Source: Rhynchobatus australiae
Lineage: Eukaryota
Direction of reading: 5' to 3'
Length of the DNA: 61,261 bases
Assembly (NCBI GenBank): GCA_034780895.1
Contig: JAUZTB010000057.1
Span: 1,765,196-1,826,456, forward strand
Position 1 is the stretch's first letter. Each line of letters opens with the position of its first letter. The notes beneath the pieces were generated by a model. It was not told where the DNA came from and did no database searches. It was given only the letters and a program-made list of their open reading frames with translations. Positions 12,365 to 24,416 of the stretch are shown piece after piece. The position numbers were made by a program, and so were the translations under genes.

Positions 12365-14559
12365 GTGAGTAGGATTTGGAAGTTGCAAACTCCTGAAGTA
12401 GATAGCACCTGTTTTATGTAGGCACTTTTAATTCGTTATGTGTGGTGGTCTCCCCACTAGCCCCTCCCCCAGCACCCCACCCCACCTTCCCCCCTCCCCA
12501 TTCCCTGGTATCCCAACTCGCCAGTAGCTTAGTCCTTGGAGAAACATCGTATCCCATTGACGTGAGCAGTGTCGGGGCGGGACGTGAGTAGTGACTTGGT
12601 TGCCTACCTTCTCACCAGAAGAAGGGAGCAATGGTGGGAAGGAAGTGGCCAAATCACTGATTCTTGTTCTACAGCAAGGTCGCTATGGTTGCTGAACTGG
12701 TGGAGCCTGTTATGTGTTGTATCTGAAGCTCAACATAATCAGTAATGGGGGTACTTAGAAAAAGTGTTTTAGCACATGAGTATGGAAATCATCTGCATAA
12801 TTTAATTCGTTAACATGAGACATTGAATACGTCTTGAGCAACAGAGGAAAAAATTTTATAAAAAATGTCAGTAAGAGCAGTTTAAACCTCAGTCTGGAAA
12901 CGTCAGATTTATAATGTTGCCAATCAGATTACTCTGTACCATGACCATTCTTCAATTAATTCATCAAAAATGCAATGTATTGTGCTTGTTATGTCTTTGT
13001 TAGAACACAGAGTTACTGGACTGAATTGATATTGATTACACCATGACCTATGGTTAAAATTTGGAGGAACAAGAAATGAAATCATGTGTTCTCCTTCACT
13101 GTGTATCCCTTGCATGCTGCAGAGGACAGCCATGCCTGACTAGTTCTGGCGACATCAGCTACTGTGCACGTGTGAATGTGTCAGCATGGTGCAGCAGGTA
13201 GACATTGCTTCCTATTCCTGTGGTCCCCCAAATGAGATCTTGCTGCTTTCCATTTCACTCCACTACTGATCCCAGTTGAAGGTTTTTAGCCCCTGCACCA
13301 GTTGACTGCCAGGTAAAGTTTGGGAGAAGACCTCCAGCTCCTCCACGTGGCCAGACACAGGACTCCAACAGCAGACTATCAACTCTTTGCTGATGCATTT
13401 GACCCTTCCAGGTGTTTGCATGTTTTCCAATTGTTCAGGTAATTGTCAGGGCCATCAAACACTGAGGATACATGTTATTTTGTTCTGTGTTCCTAAGGTG
13501 TGTAGAGAATACTGAATGAAAATGTGTAGAAAGAATCTTCAATTAGCTTCCCTGGTTTAATGGAATCCTACAGAAGCGAAGACCCCACTGTACTCATGTT
13601 ACTTTTTAAATGAGCTGCCCCGTTGTGTGACTTCCCTGTTTTTTCTAAATGGCCCTGCAGCTTTGTCTCCAAGTATTGAAACAATTCACATACCAATGGA
13701 TCACTATGTTGGTATGATCAGCATTCTTTCAGGCATTGTAATCCAGATCATAACAACATGTAATTTTCTTCTGGTTCTTTTGCTAATCATGATTCTGATT
13801 CCTTTATCATCGTTTCTTCTGCCGCTGTGTTTTCTTATTTATTCTTGCAAAATCCTCTGTGAGCTCCTCTACCAAGTCTCCTATATCCTTGTGAAAGGGG
13901 AATAGTTACAGTTTCAGTCTCTCCCCATGACTGACATCAAGAATTGGGGACAACACCCTTGTAAATCTTCTGCCATACCCTCCAGAAGCCCTTGTCATTC
14001 TTGCTAAAGTGTGGCCCCTGATTTGGCACATTNNNNNNNNNNNNNNNNNNNNNNNNNNNNNNNNNNNNNNNNNNNNNNNNNNNNNNNNNNNNNNNNNNNN
14101 NNNNNNNNNNNNNNNNNNNNNNNNNNNNNNNNGCTAAAGTGTGGCCCCTGATTTGGCACATTATATTCCAGCTGAGGCTCGAACTATTGTTTTGTAATGG
14201 TTAATGTAATTTTCTTATCTGATCTGTACCTATACTTCTCTTTCCATCCTCTTAGGCAGTCCCTCAGGGTTGAGGATGACTAGTTAGCCCTTCAGATCTG
14301 ATGTGATCTGCAGACTTTGCTATAAGTGGGATGAGGTACTTGATAGGGTGGTTGCTTGAAAGGTACTCCAAAGAGCTTTGAAGTGTTCAGTGCCTTCCTG
14401 AGTTGTCACATCCTACTCCTTCCTGTGAGTTGATGTGGATTCTACATTTTTTTTGAAAATATTCTTGAAATCTTTTTCCCGTCCTCCTGCAATTNNNNNN
14501 NNNNTCGGAGTAAGAGTACCTGTCTTGTGAGCTTGATGTGGGGTACACCAGAGCCAGCT

Positions 14560-16050
14560 GAGTGTAGTTAGATCCGGGATGATGGCCCGGGCAGGGATGA
14601 TGCTATTGATCCCTGTATCCTCCCAATATTGGACAGTCATTGGTGGTTCCCTACAGCTTTAAGGTGCCTGCTGCCTCAGAAGCACCGCTGCTGCCTGATT
14701 GACCATGAGCTTGACAGTTGGTCAAAGGCTGCCCTGATGCACTCGAGGTGCTGGTGAACTTCAACATCCACGTCTACCGTTGCTGAGAGGTGGCTTCCGA
14801 GCTTTGGAAGTGTCTGTGTTTTCCAGCATCTCATCATGGATTTTTATGTGGCAGTGCTGCACTGTGGGGGCAGGTTGATAGGGGACCTTTGTCTTCTGGA
14901 TGTTTAGTGTAAGAGCATCTTCTCGTACAATTAAGTGAATGAATCAATGACGAACAAGTGTTATCTGCAGCCTCTGTATAGATAATTCGTGTCCTGGAGT
15001 GGAGTCGCTGAAGGTTGAACCATCGTTGCCTTGTCCTAGAGATCAATTCCACTCAAGTGGGGTGCTTATAAGAGTTATGGTGCCAAATTGTGATGAGGAA
15101 GATCTAGAAGAGGGTTGGTGCAATGACACAGCCTCCCTTCTTGCCCCATTCTGCACTGAGATTTGGTCTGTAGTGGACACATTGTTAGAACCAGAGCACG
15201 TACGTTATCAAGTTGGAGATAGAGAATAATGATAAATTTATTGGGGCAACGAAATTTGGGAAAGATTTTCTGCATTTCCTCTTGGTTGACAGATTCAATA
15301 TCTTATTGAGGTTTTAAAAAAAAATGCCGTCAGTTAGTTAATGCTGTTCTCTGCATTTTTCTTGGAGTTATCACAAGGTGGAGATCATGTCCACTGTGAC
15401 TGTTGATGGACTGAATCCACACTGCAAATGGGTGTAGCTCTGGCAGCTGGCAGGAGACCCCTGAGGTAGACTTGTGGGCTGACTTTCATTTGGGTGACAG
15501 CAGAGCATCCCCTGTGTAATTGCCACCATCAGATTTATCTCCTTTCTTGAAGATGGTGATGACTTGTGGTGTCCCTGAGGTCACCTGGCATGTGCACCTC
15601 TTCCCAGATAAGGAAGATGAAGCTGAAGTTTCTCTGACAGATTTCAGAAGTTCAGCAGGGATAACAGCTGCTCCAGAGGCAGTGCTGTCTCTCAGCTGAT
15701 ATATGGCCACCATAGCATCTTGTTGGTCTGAGCCGGTGATGGGATTTAACCAGTGTGTGGTAGGGTGGAGTCAGCTACTCAAGCCAAAATATTCTCAATT
15801 CTGGAGTCCTTGGAAGTGTTCCTTCTGATGGGCACTAATGGTCTCTGTGTCCTTGATAAGTTCTCATCTGTTCTTGGCTCTCAGTAAGGTGAACCTTTGG
15901 GTATTTGGCCCATAGATTGTGTCTTCCTCTACTCATGAAGGCATGGATGATAGAGAATAATGATAAATTTATTGGGGCAACGAAATTTGGGAAAGATTTT
16001 CTGCATTTCCTCTTGGTTGACACATATAGGTTTTCAAACAGTCTTCTTGT
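14560..16050 (-). mobile_element. decayed RTE-clade LINE (ORF2/RT fragment)
   Basis: minus-strand ORFs AIYQLRDSTASGAAVIPAELLK...ITIFKKGDKSDGGNY, QKIFPKFRCPNKFI and ELISRTRQRWFNLQRL occur in RTE ORF2 order. Confidence 0.8.
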
Positions 16051-16589
16051 CCGATCATGTTCAAAGATTTATGCACATATGTCCACAGGCTCTCTTTTTT
16101 CACCTCATTTAAAAGAGTGTTAGTAGGTTTTGATTGCCTCCCCTCACTCTTCCTGCCGAAATCTCACCTCACACTTCTCTGCATTATTTTTTGTCAGCCG
16201 TGTGTCTGCCTTTCCTCAGTGTTGTTTGCTGTAATGCTGAGATTGTTTATTCGTTATGTGATGAGGGTGTCGCTGACAAGGCAGCCATCTATTGTCCATT
16301 CTCTTTCCCCTTGGCTTTTCCAGAGGCCACATGAGCCAACCACATGGTTGGGTCTGGAATGACAGTTAGGCCAAACTGGGTAAGGATAACAGATTTGCTT
16401 CCTTGAAGGACAGGTGTGAGCCAGGTGTTTTTACACGTAATATTCCTGTATGTTATTGATTGCTGTTATTGATACTGCTTGAATTTCAGTCTCCCAGTTA
16501 CCATGGTGGGATCAGACTCGCGCCTCTGGAAAGGTAATCCAGGTCTTTGGGGACATCGAGTTCATGTCCTTTGCAGACATTGCAAATTA

Positions 16590-16800
16590 TAGAGTCATAG
16601 ATTGGTACAGCATGGAGATAGGCCATTCAGCCCAGCTCGTCCATGCTGACCAGTGGGTGCCCTTCTGTATTAACCCCATTGCCCAGCATTAGTCCATAGC
16701 CTGCTACGCCTAAGTAATGCAAGTGTTCTTCTGGACTCTTCTTAAATGCTGTCAATGAGCCAGCTTCAGCCACTGTCTCAGGCAGTGCATTCCAGGTACT
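16590..16800 (-). mobile_element. CR1/HER1-type LINE 3' tail
   Basis: ORF 16627-16836(-) WNALPETVAEAGSLTAFKKS; tail ataggccattcagccc. Confidence 0.75.
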
Positions 16801-18501
16801 GGTCTCCCCCTCGTATAATGTCCAGTCAGAGTCCACAGAGCAGATCTCGTTGCCCTGAAACTGCCGCTGTGCCAGGCTGTTTATTTAGTGTGGCTCTGCA
16901 GTCTCCTGCCGGGGACCCAGCTCCCAGCCGGGGACGTCTCGGCACAGCCAGCCAGCAGCACTCACACAGCAGCTTTGACGTAGCTGGTGAGTCTCTGCTC
17001 CCTGGACTCATGGGCTGTCAGTGCCGTTAGTGTGTGGGCAGCGCCATCGAATGCTGTAAATGTCTTTGATGTTCACAAGCATTCTGTACCACTCGGCACA
17101 TTAGAAAATTAAAACTATTGCTAAAATTAAAAATATTCAGCAGTTCTTGACATTTTTAAAGGTCTGTAAAAAATTATTGAGCTCTATTCAACTCAAGTAA
17201 TTGAAACTAACAAATAAATAATAAATGCTTACCTTATTCCAGGGGGTGTGTTCCCATCCCCGGCCCAGGAGCTGGGAATCCCACATCAGGTGGTGCTGCC
17301 CCACTAGCTCCACCTGAGCAGCACAGGGGCATCTGCTGGCAGGGCGACTGAGGCCGACTCCGGTGCTGGGAACGGGCTTGCACGGGGATGCTCGGGTAAC
17401 TCCCAGAATATGCACTCGCATCAGAGCGCCAGCTCTGCCCCATCACTGGGTATCAAACACAGAAGCTCAATCCTTCTGGGAGAGTGGAGGTGCATGGAAT
17501 AAAATGGAGGTGGAAGGAAGTAGCAGTGGTAGCACGGAGACTGGAGGGTGGAGGAGGATCAGCCAAGGAAAGTGGACGAGGATGTGTATTGGGGATGGCA
17601 GTGGGTACTTGAGCTGGTAAGGGGGCGATGGAAATGAAAGCTGTCTGGCATTGGTGTTCGGAGAAGGTGAAGCCTGTGAGTTGCTTTCAGAAATCAGAGC
17701 AATAAGAGCATCTGGGTTGGAAACTGGAGATCATACGAAGAGATTTGTGTGGAATAATATCTAAAAATGTTTGAAAGGGTGTATAAGGAAGTGAGATTGG
17801 AGATGAGGAAAATGCAACAGAGTAGTCATGAGGGTCCCATTGCGGTGGTGAGGGATGAGAAGAAACAGCCACAGCCTGGATCTGAAGACTAATGCTTTAT
17901 TCATGATTAACATCAGCTGTGATGTCATTTGTGTGCCCCCCCCTGCAATATGCATTCATTTACAAATGGGGCTTGATGGTTGGATCAGTACTGCTGTCTA
18001 ATTCCACATTGTCCTGGGATTTCTTTATCCTCCCAGTATTTTGTAGTAGGCGTGGTACAGATGGGGGCTGAAGATTGGGGTGTTAGTTTTTATAAATTAT
18101 TTGTTTGGTGAGCCATATTGATTACCCATTGTTTCCCTTGAGTTTGTCAGAGTTTTACAACAGAATGGCTTGCTGTCTCTTGACAATAAGAATGAAATTG
18201 TATGTAGGCCTGAAAGGTACCTACCCTGTGACAGTGTTGAGTGCAGTGAGCATGGTGCTCTCTGTATATTATAGGGTGAATGTGCTCCTTGGAAGCTATT
18301 AAGAACTTCTGACAAACTCAACCGAGTTTTGTGCCTTATGGGATTCCTAACTTTTGACTGATCTGTACAAACTGTTCCCTCCGGTGAGTTATGTGAGGCA
18401 CACTTTGCCTCCTTGTAGCAGTTGGCCAGATCCTGGGTCAGTCTCACATTTGAATAGGAGGGTCAAAGTTACTGATGTTCTTTTTACAATCCAATCCCCA
18501 G

Positions 18502-18577
18502 CCCAGTTACAGATGCAGCAGATTGCCCAGCAGCAGCAACAGCAACAGTTCCAGGCTCAACAGGCAGTACAACAGCA

Positions 18578-18609
<32 letters not shown>

Positions 18610-18610
18610 A

Positions 18611-18647
<37 letters not shown>

Positions 18648-18704
18648 TTCCAGGCACAGCACTTAATGAAACTGCAGATGCAGCAGCAACAGCAGCAACA
18701 GCAG
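18502..18704 (+). CDS. MED15: MED15 exon (~exon 6), polyglutamine-rich: (S)QLQMQQIA Q7 FQAQQAV Q26 FQAQHLMKLQM Q8
   Basis: ccccag|CCCAGTTA...CAGCAG|gtaaaa; 203 nt, phase 1 to 0; HLMKL resembles human HLIKL. Confidence 0.93.
18570..18647 (+). repeat. CAG/CAA trinucleotide repeat encoding Q26
   Basis: CAA(CAG)5(CAA)5(CAG)3CAA(CAG)9CAACAG read directly. Confidence 0.95.
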
Positions 18705-18918
18705 GTAAAAGGACAGCTGAACACACCTATTTATCTGTGCCCAGGGATAGGATACTTCAACACAGCAATCCTTGGACAGCTTTCTCTCCTGAATCAGGGG
18801 TCAGGCAAGAGTGAGGACATGAAGGGACTATTAGCCAAAAATAGTACTAGAGAAATCGGTAGGCTTGGAAGCTTGTAAGTCCCAGGCAGCTGATGATCTA
18901 TATCCCAGAGTTTTGAAA

Positions 18919-19200
18919 AGATATAAGATATTCATCAGTCACATGTACATCGAAACACACAGGGAAATGCATCTTTTGCGTGGAGTGTTCTGGGGCAGCC
19001 CGCAAGTGTCGCCACGCTTCTGGCACCAACGTAGCATGCCCACAACTTCCTAACCCGTACGTATTTGGAACGTGGGAGGAAACCGGAGCACCCAAAAGAA
19101 ACGCACACAGACACGGGGAGAAAATACAAACTCCTTATAGACAGCGGCCGGAATTGAACCTGGGTCACTGGCACTGTAATAGCGTTACGCTGACTGCTAC
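18919..19200 (-). mobile_element. near full-length young tRNA-derived V-SINE inserted into a CR1
   Basis: V-domain, B-box ggaattgaacc, tRNA-like head; imperfect candidate TSD tgaaaag/tgaagag. Confidence 0.85.
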
Positions 19201-19312
19201 TGAAGAGGTGGCTTTAGAGATCGAGGATACTCTGGTTATCATTTTCCAAAGCTGTGAAGCTTGAATTGTTCCTGTTGATTGGAGGGTAGCAAATATAACA
19301 TTGATGTTTACG

Positions 19313-19423
19313 GTAAGATTTCTTTATTAGTCACATGTACATCGAAAGACACAGTGAAATGCACCTCTTGTGTAGAGTGTTCTGGGGGCAGCCCGCAAGT
19401 GTCGCCACACTTCCAGCGCCAAC
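19313..19423 (-). mobile_element. second copy of the same SINE (3' part; remainder in gap)
   Basis: high identity to the 3' part of the 18919-19200 copy. Confidence 0.8.
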
Positions 19424-21474
19424 NNNNNNNNNNNNNNNNNNNNNNNNNNNNNNNNNNNNNNNNNNNNNNNNNNNNNNNNNNNNNNNNNNNNNNNNNNNNN
19501 NNNNNNNNNNNNNNNNNNNNNNNNNNNNNNNNNNNNNNNNNNNNNNNNNNNNNNNNNNNNNNNNNNNNNNNNNNNNNNNNNNNNNNNNNNNNNNNNNNNN
19601 NNNNNNNNNNNNNNNNNNNNNNNNNNNNNNNNNNNNNNNNNNNNNNNNNNNNNNNNNNNNNNNNNNNNNNNNNNNNNNNNNNNNNNNNNNNNNNNNNNNN
19701 NNNNNNNNNNNNNNNNNNNNNNNNNNNNNNNNNNNNNNNNNNNNNNNNNNNNNNNNNNNNNNNNNNNNNNNNNNNNNNNNNNNNNNNNNNNNNNNNNNNN
19801 NNNNNNNNNNNNNNNNNNNNNNNNNNNNNNNNNNNNNNNNNNNNNNNNNNNNNNNNNNNNNNNNNNNNNNNNNNNNNNNNNNNNNNNNNNNNNNNNNNNN
19901 NNNNNNNNNNNNNNNNNNNCCAAATCGGTGCTTGGGTTCCACTTGTTCACTATCTGTATCAACAATTTTGGCTGAGGGACCACATTTGGTAAATTGAGTG
20001 AGAGGGCTAGAACGTGGCAGATGGAATATAATGTGGAATTGTATGTGGTCATCCACTTAGATGCATGGAACATCTAAAAGGCATTCTGTGAACAGAGAGA
20101 GTGGGTGGTGTTGATGCTCAAAGGGACCTGGGTGTGCTTGTACACAAGTTGTTGAAGGCCAACATGCAGGTGCAGCAAGCAGGGCAAATGGTTTGTTAAG
20201 TTCAAGTCTATTGTCATGGGCATACATACCCAGGGTATAAATGCCATGAAAATGAGCTTTTTGCAGCAGCAGCGCAGTCCGTTACAAACACGGCAAACAT
20301 AAATTACATAATCTTAAATTATACATAGATTATATGACAAAATAAAGAAAAATAATGACATCAGTGCAAGTTGAGGGATATATAGTCCAAGGTAGAATTA
20401 GGGTTTTTCAGGTCTTTTGTTAGCCTTATGAGAGGATTTGAATACAGTAAGTCTCATTGCAGTTGTATAAGGCCTTGGTGAGNNNNNNNNNNNNNNNNNN
20501 NNNNNNNNNNNNNNNNNNNNNNNNNNNNNNNNNNNNNNNNNNNNNNNNNNNNNNNNNNNNNNNNNNNNNNNNNNNNNNNNNNNNNNNNNNNNNNNNNNNN
20601 NNNNNNNNNNNNNNNNNNNNNNNNNNNNNNNNNNNNNNNNGAGAGAAAATCTCATTAAAATGTACAAAACTGTTAAAGGGCTTGACAGGCTGGATATAGG
20701 GAAGGCGATTCCTCCCGCTGACAACTCTAGGATCAGCACACAGTTTGAGAATAAGGGGCAGGTCATTTAGGACTGAGGTAAGGAGAACTTTTTTCACACT
20801 CTGGATTCTCTACCCCAGAGGGCTGTGGATACTCAGGCATTGCACTCATTCAAAACAGAGATCGATAGGTTTTTGGACATTGGGAATCAAGGGATGTGGA
20901 GATATGCTGGAGATGATGCCGAGGTAAAAGTTGAGCAATAATTGACTGGCGGGGCAGAGCAAGGTTGAATAACCGGATGGCCAGCTCGGCTCCTTTATGC
21001 TGAGCAGTCACATTCCAATTCTTCATGCCAGCTGACTATCCAACTGTGTGAGCAGCCACAGTTACACATGGTCTATTGTCCTCTAGCCCCGGCACACATG
21101 AACGTTGACAGGAGCACGGACTGGACAGTAAGTGTGAACAGCCACCTCGGCTGATTTTTGTTGTTTCCTTCTTTCTCCAGCCAAGTTGCTTCTTCTGGCT
21201 AACTTAGCAGAGATTACCAATCGGAAGTGGGCTGAACTGCTTGGTGCTCCATAGTCACGTCCTTGACTNNNNNNNNNNNNNNNNNNNNNNNNNNNNNNNN
21301 NNNNNNNNNNNNNNNNNNNNNNNTCCATAGTCACGTCCTTGACTCAGCGACATATCGCGCTAGCTGTTGCACAGCCCAGTTCATCAGAATGCCCCTCATC
21401 AGGCAGTAATGATGTGAAGGCATCTCACCCCCTCTGTCCTTCTCTGGGATAGTTACAACCTTCTGTACTTGAAT

Positions 21475-21790
21475 TGAAATTGAGTCATAGAGCCAAACAG
21501 AATGGAAACAGGCCTCTCAGGCCCACTGTCCATGCCAGTCATCAAGTTCCCACCTATCCCAGTTTCCAGCACATGGCCTTCTATGTCATGATGTTTCAAG
21601 TGGTCGTCGAATGCATTAAAACATTCCAAGAATACTTGCTGGCTCGAGCTTTCAAGCACCCTCTGGTTTAAAAAAAAATCTACCTCAGATCCTCTCAAAG
21701 CCTACTACCCATCCCTCTGCTTACAGACCACTCTGTTAAGGAGAAAAGTTTCACTGTTTACCTACTCATGCCCTTCATACCTCTTGCTTG
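21475..21790 (-). mobile_element. CR1 LINE 3' tail
   Basis: atggaaacaggcctctcaggccc...cctcagatcctctc typical CR1 tail. Confidence 0.65.
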
Positions 21791-22264
21791 GTTCCAGGTA
21801 TTGAAAGAAACCTGATCCTTTAAAACTGAAGAGAGACTTACAGATTTGCCACATTATAAGGAACTTTGACAGAACTGGTTAAACAGACGTCTGATTGAGG
21901 GACAAATTGTGGTTACATATAGAGGGGTTTATTTTATGTAACTTGGTTCATGAAATAGTGGATTTGGTTAGCGATGGAATAATGTATTCCTTCAGCACAG
22001 CTTAAATGTTAGCCTCAAGAGCAGCATCTAACTTGCAGGTGAGAGTGGTGGTTTAGATGTCACTGTACTGCTCAAGCACATGGTGGTGGTAGGAACAGGG
22101 CTGTCATTGTACGGCACTTGGTCTGGTACTGATGGGTGTAGTCCTGCCACTGTGGCACGGGGAGCAGCACTGGTGGGTACCACGCTGTGGCAGTAATGCA
22201 GTAGGTTGGTGTAATGAATTTTCTGAGCTCATGTACTAGTTTAAAATTCTCTTTGTTCATACAG

Positions 22265-22498
22265 AGATTGATGCAGCTCCAGCAGCAACAACAGCAGCTC
22301 CAGCAACATCAACAGATCCAACTCCAGCAGCTTCAGCAGCTGCAATCTCAGTCTCAGCCCCAGTCACAACTGGCACCTCAGTCCCAGCCACAGACCATGG
22401 TTGCACAGGTACCTGGCCAGTCGGGACAGGTTTCCATGTCTTCACCCTTAACACAGCAGCAGCAGCCGCCACCCATCAAGCTTCAGCCCCCACAACAG
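22265..22498 (+). CDS. MED15: MED15 exon (~exon 7), Q/P-rich: RLMQLQQQ...QLAPQSQPQTMVAQ...PPPIKLQPPQQ
   Basis: ttgttcatacag|AGATTG...CAACAG|gtagtc; 234 nt, phase 0 to 0; 3' boundary less certain because other in-frame CAG|GT sites exist. Confidence 0.86.
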
Positions 22499-24176
22499 GT
22501 AGTCACCCTTTCACTGGGCTTCACTGTACGTTGGCATCAGAAACTGAGTGACGGTGCGGGACCGGGGTGGTGTTGGAGAAAGATTATCATTTGATGTCAG
22601 AGGATCAGCTATGGCAACATGAACAATTCAGGTGGAGCTTCCGTGTATGCCAGTATTCCCAGCTCTACCTGTGCCTGAGAAATGCTGGAATCTCACAGCA
22701 CAGGAGCCTATTTGAGCACCATGCCTGATCCTGCCCTCCGAAAGCTCTATCCTGATTGTCTCCTTATGCCTGCCAGTTTTTTTTCTTTTTAATAATACAT
22801 TTAAAATTCATTTTTTGAAATTTTTATTTGAACCTGATTCCACCAGCCCTTCAAGCAATTCACATCAGCCCACAGCAGCTCTGTCAAATACTCCTCATTT
22901 CCCTCTTGTTACTCAGATTTATTCCCACCACCAGTGGAAACAGTTTCTTCCACTTACCGAAGCCTGTTAACACTAGTAATTCTGATTCCCTGCTATTAAA
23001 ATGGCCTTTGGCCTCTGCTGTAAGGAGAGCAACCTTGGGTTCTCTACTCGGAGCCATCAATTTCTCCACCTCCTCACCATAGCTCACCTGCAAACATGCT
23101 TCATAAAATCAGTATTAAAGCTACATAAAGCACACATGAGTGAGACGGGAGGAGCTGATCGTTTTATTTTGGTCCAGACAGAGTGATTGAGACTTTTATA
23201 TCTGGAGTCAGCATAATCTGCCATGGCTGGTGAGGCGCTGTTTACTGAGAGGGCATCCTACGCCTATAAACAGACAAACCCTAGACAAGCCCTGCCCCTA
23301 GAATTGGCTTCACCAAGCCTCTGTTCTTCAATGGTTTGTGTCAAAAGGTAGAACCCATTATGAAATGTGACCTCATCTTAAAGTCATTCCAGTTGTTGCA
23401 GAGCACATCTATTTCTGCCTTCTGTGCCTTACTTTGTTGGCTTTGGCTGGCAAACAGTTGAAGGTTGTCAAGAGTCATAGAATGGTGCAGCATGTAAGGA
23501 GTCTGTCTGGTCCATTGCTCCTGTTCTGGCTCTTACAAGAATAATCCCACTCAGTCCATTCTGCTGCTCCTTCCCCCAACAGTCCTGCAAATTTCTACCC
23601 TGACATGTTAATTTGGTTCCCTTTTGGAAGGTGTTATGGGATCTGAATACGCCAGCCTTTCAGGCAGTGTATTCCAGATCACAAATCGTTGAATAAAAAA
23701 GCATAGTTTCATCTTGCATTTAGTTTTTCCCGTGACCCACTGTTGTTACTTGATTTATCACAGCAGAGGGAGGCTGTTCAGCCCCTTGGGTCTATGCAGG
23801 CCCCCATCAGAAATCCCATTAGTCTCTTTTCCCACTCTTCACTTCCATGTTGTCTTCCAATTTACCCTTTCACCTTCCAATCAACTTCCCTGACATTCTC
23901 CTGCTCTTACCCTGTAATAAGGACAATGTACAGTGGCAGTTAACCCACCATTACATCTTTGGACGGGAGAGGAAACTGCAGCACCTGGCTTGAATACTCT
24001 GGTTAAGTGATGCTTTTTGGTGTTAATTCCTCCTGAAGAAGCCTTTCTGTGCATTGATACTGTACCGGTCGACAGTCCAATTCTGAACATGTCTTAAATA
24101 ACAGACGTAGATCAGTGGCAGTGTGCAGAACTCAGTGTACAAAGGCATTGGTATAATTTTTATGCTTTTGTTTCAG

Positions 24177-24416
24177 GTCCGTGCACAGTTTCCACAGGGG
24201 CAGGCAGCTCAAGCTCAGGCCCAAGCGCAAGCTCAAGCACAGGCCCAAGCTCAAGCACAGGCCCAGGCGCAGGCCCAAGCACAGGCCCAGGCTCAGGCAC
24301 AGGCCCAAGCGCAGGCTCAAGCGCAAGCCCAGGCTCAAGCGCAAGCCCAGGCTCAGGCTCAAGCGCAGGCCCAGGTTCAAGCACAAGCACAAGCACAGAT
24401 AGGAGCAGGAAGCCAG
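24177..24416 (+). CDS. MED15: MED15 exon (~exon 8): VRAQFPQGQA (AQ)28 VQ (AQ)3 IGAGSQ
   Basis: ttttgtttcag|GTCCGT...AGCCAG|gtaagg; 240 nt, phase 0 to 0; starts VRA like the human exon. Confidence 0.93.
24207..24398 (+). repeat. GCNCAR hexanucleotide repeat encoding 32 AQ-type dipeptides (one is VQ)
   Basis: gct caa gct cag gcc caa gcg caa ... gca cag read directly. Confidence 0.95.

Larger units (their letters stand above)
18830..20990 (+). mobile_element. CR1 LINE fragment(s) interrupted by SINEs and gaps
   Basis: aagtcccagg..tgatgatctatatcccagag, gattggagggtagcaaat, tggcagatggaatataatgtgg, RIRGRSFRTEVRRTFFT. Confidence 0.8.

Noticed and set aside
14003-14162. 30-bp direct repeat flanking a 100-N gap; similar cases at 21248-21344 and 34000-34194
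   Set aside because: Identical sequence on both sides of a scaffold gap is typical of unmerged contig overlaps or haplotype bubbles, not TSDs or LTRs.
18484-18726. Antisense poly-Ala/Val and +1 poly-Ser/Asn ORFs
   Set aside because: Shadows of the CAG/CAA tract.
24132-24402. Overlapping ORFs across the QA repeat, including a protamine-like Arg/Lys-rich +1 frame and Leu-rich antisense frames
   Set aside because: A consequence of the GCNCAR repeat lacking stops in those frames; no ATG start or splice route into the basic frame was found. Relevant only for a frameshift allele.
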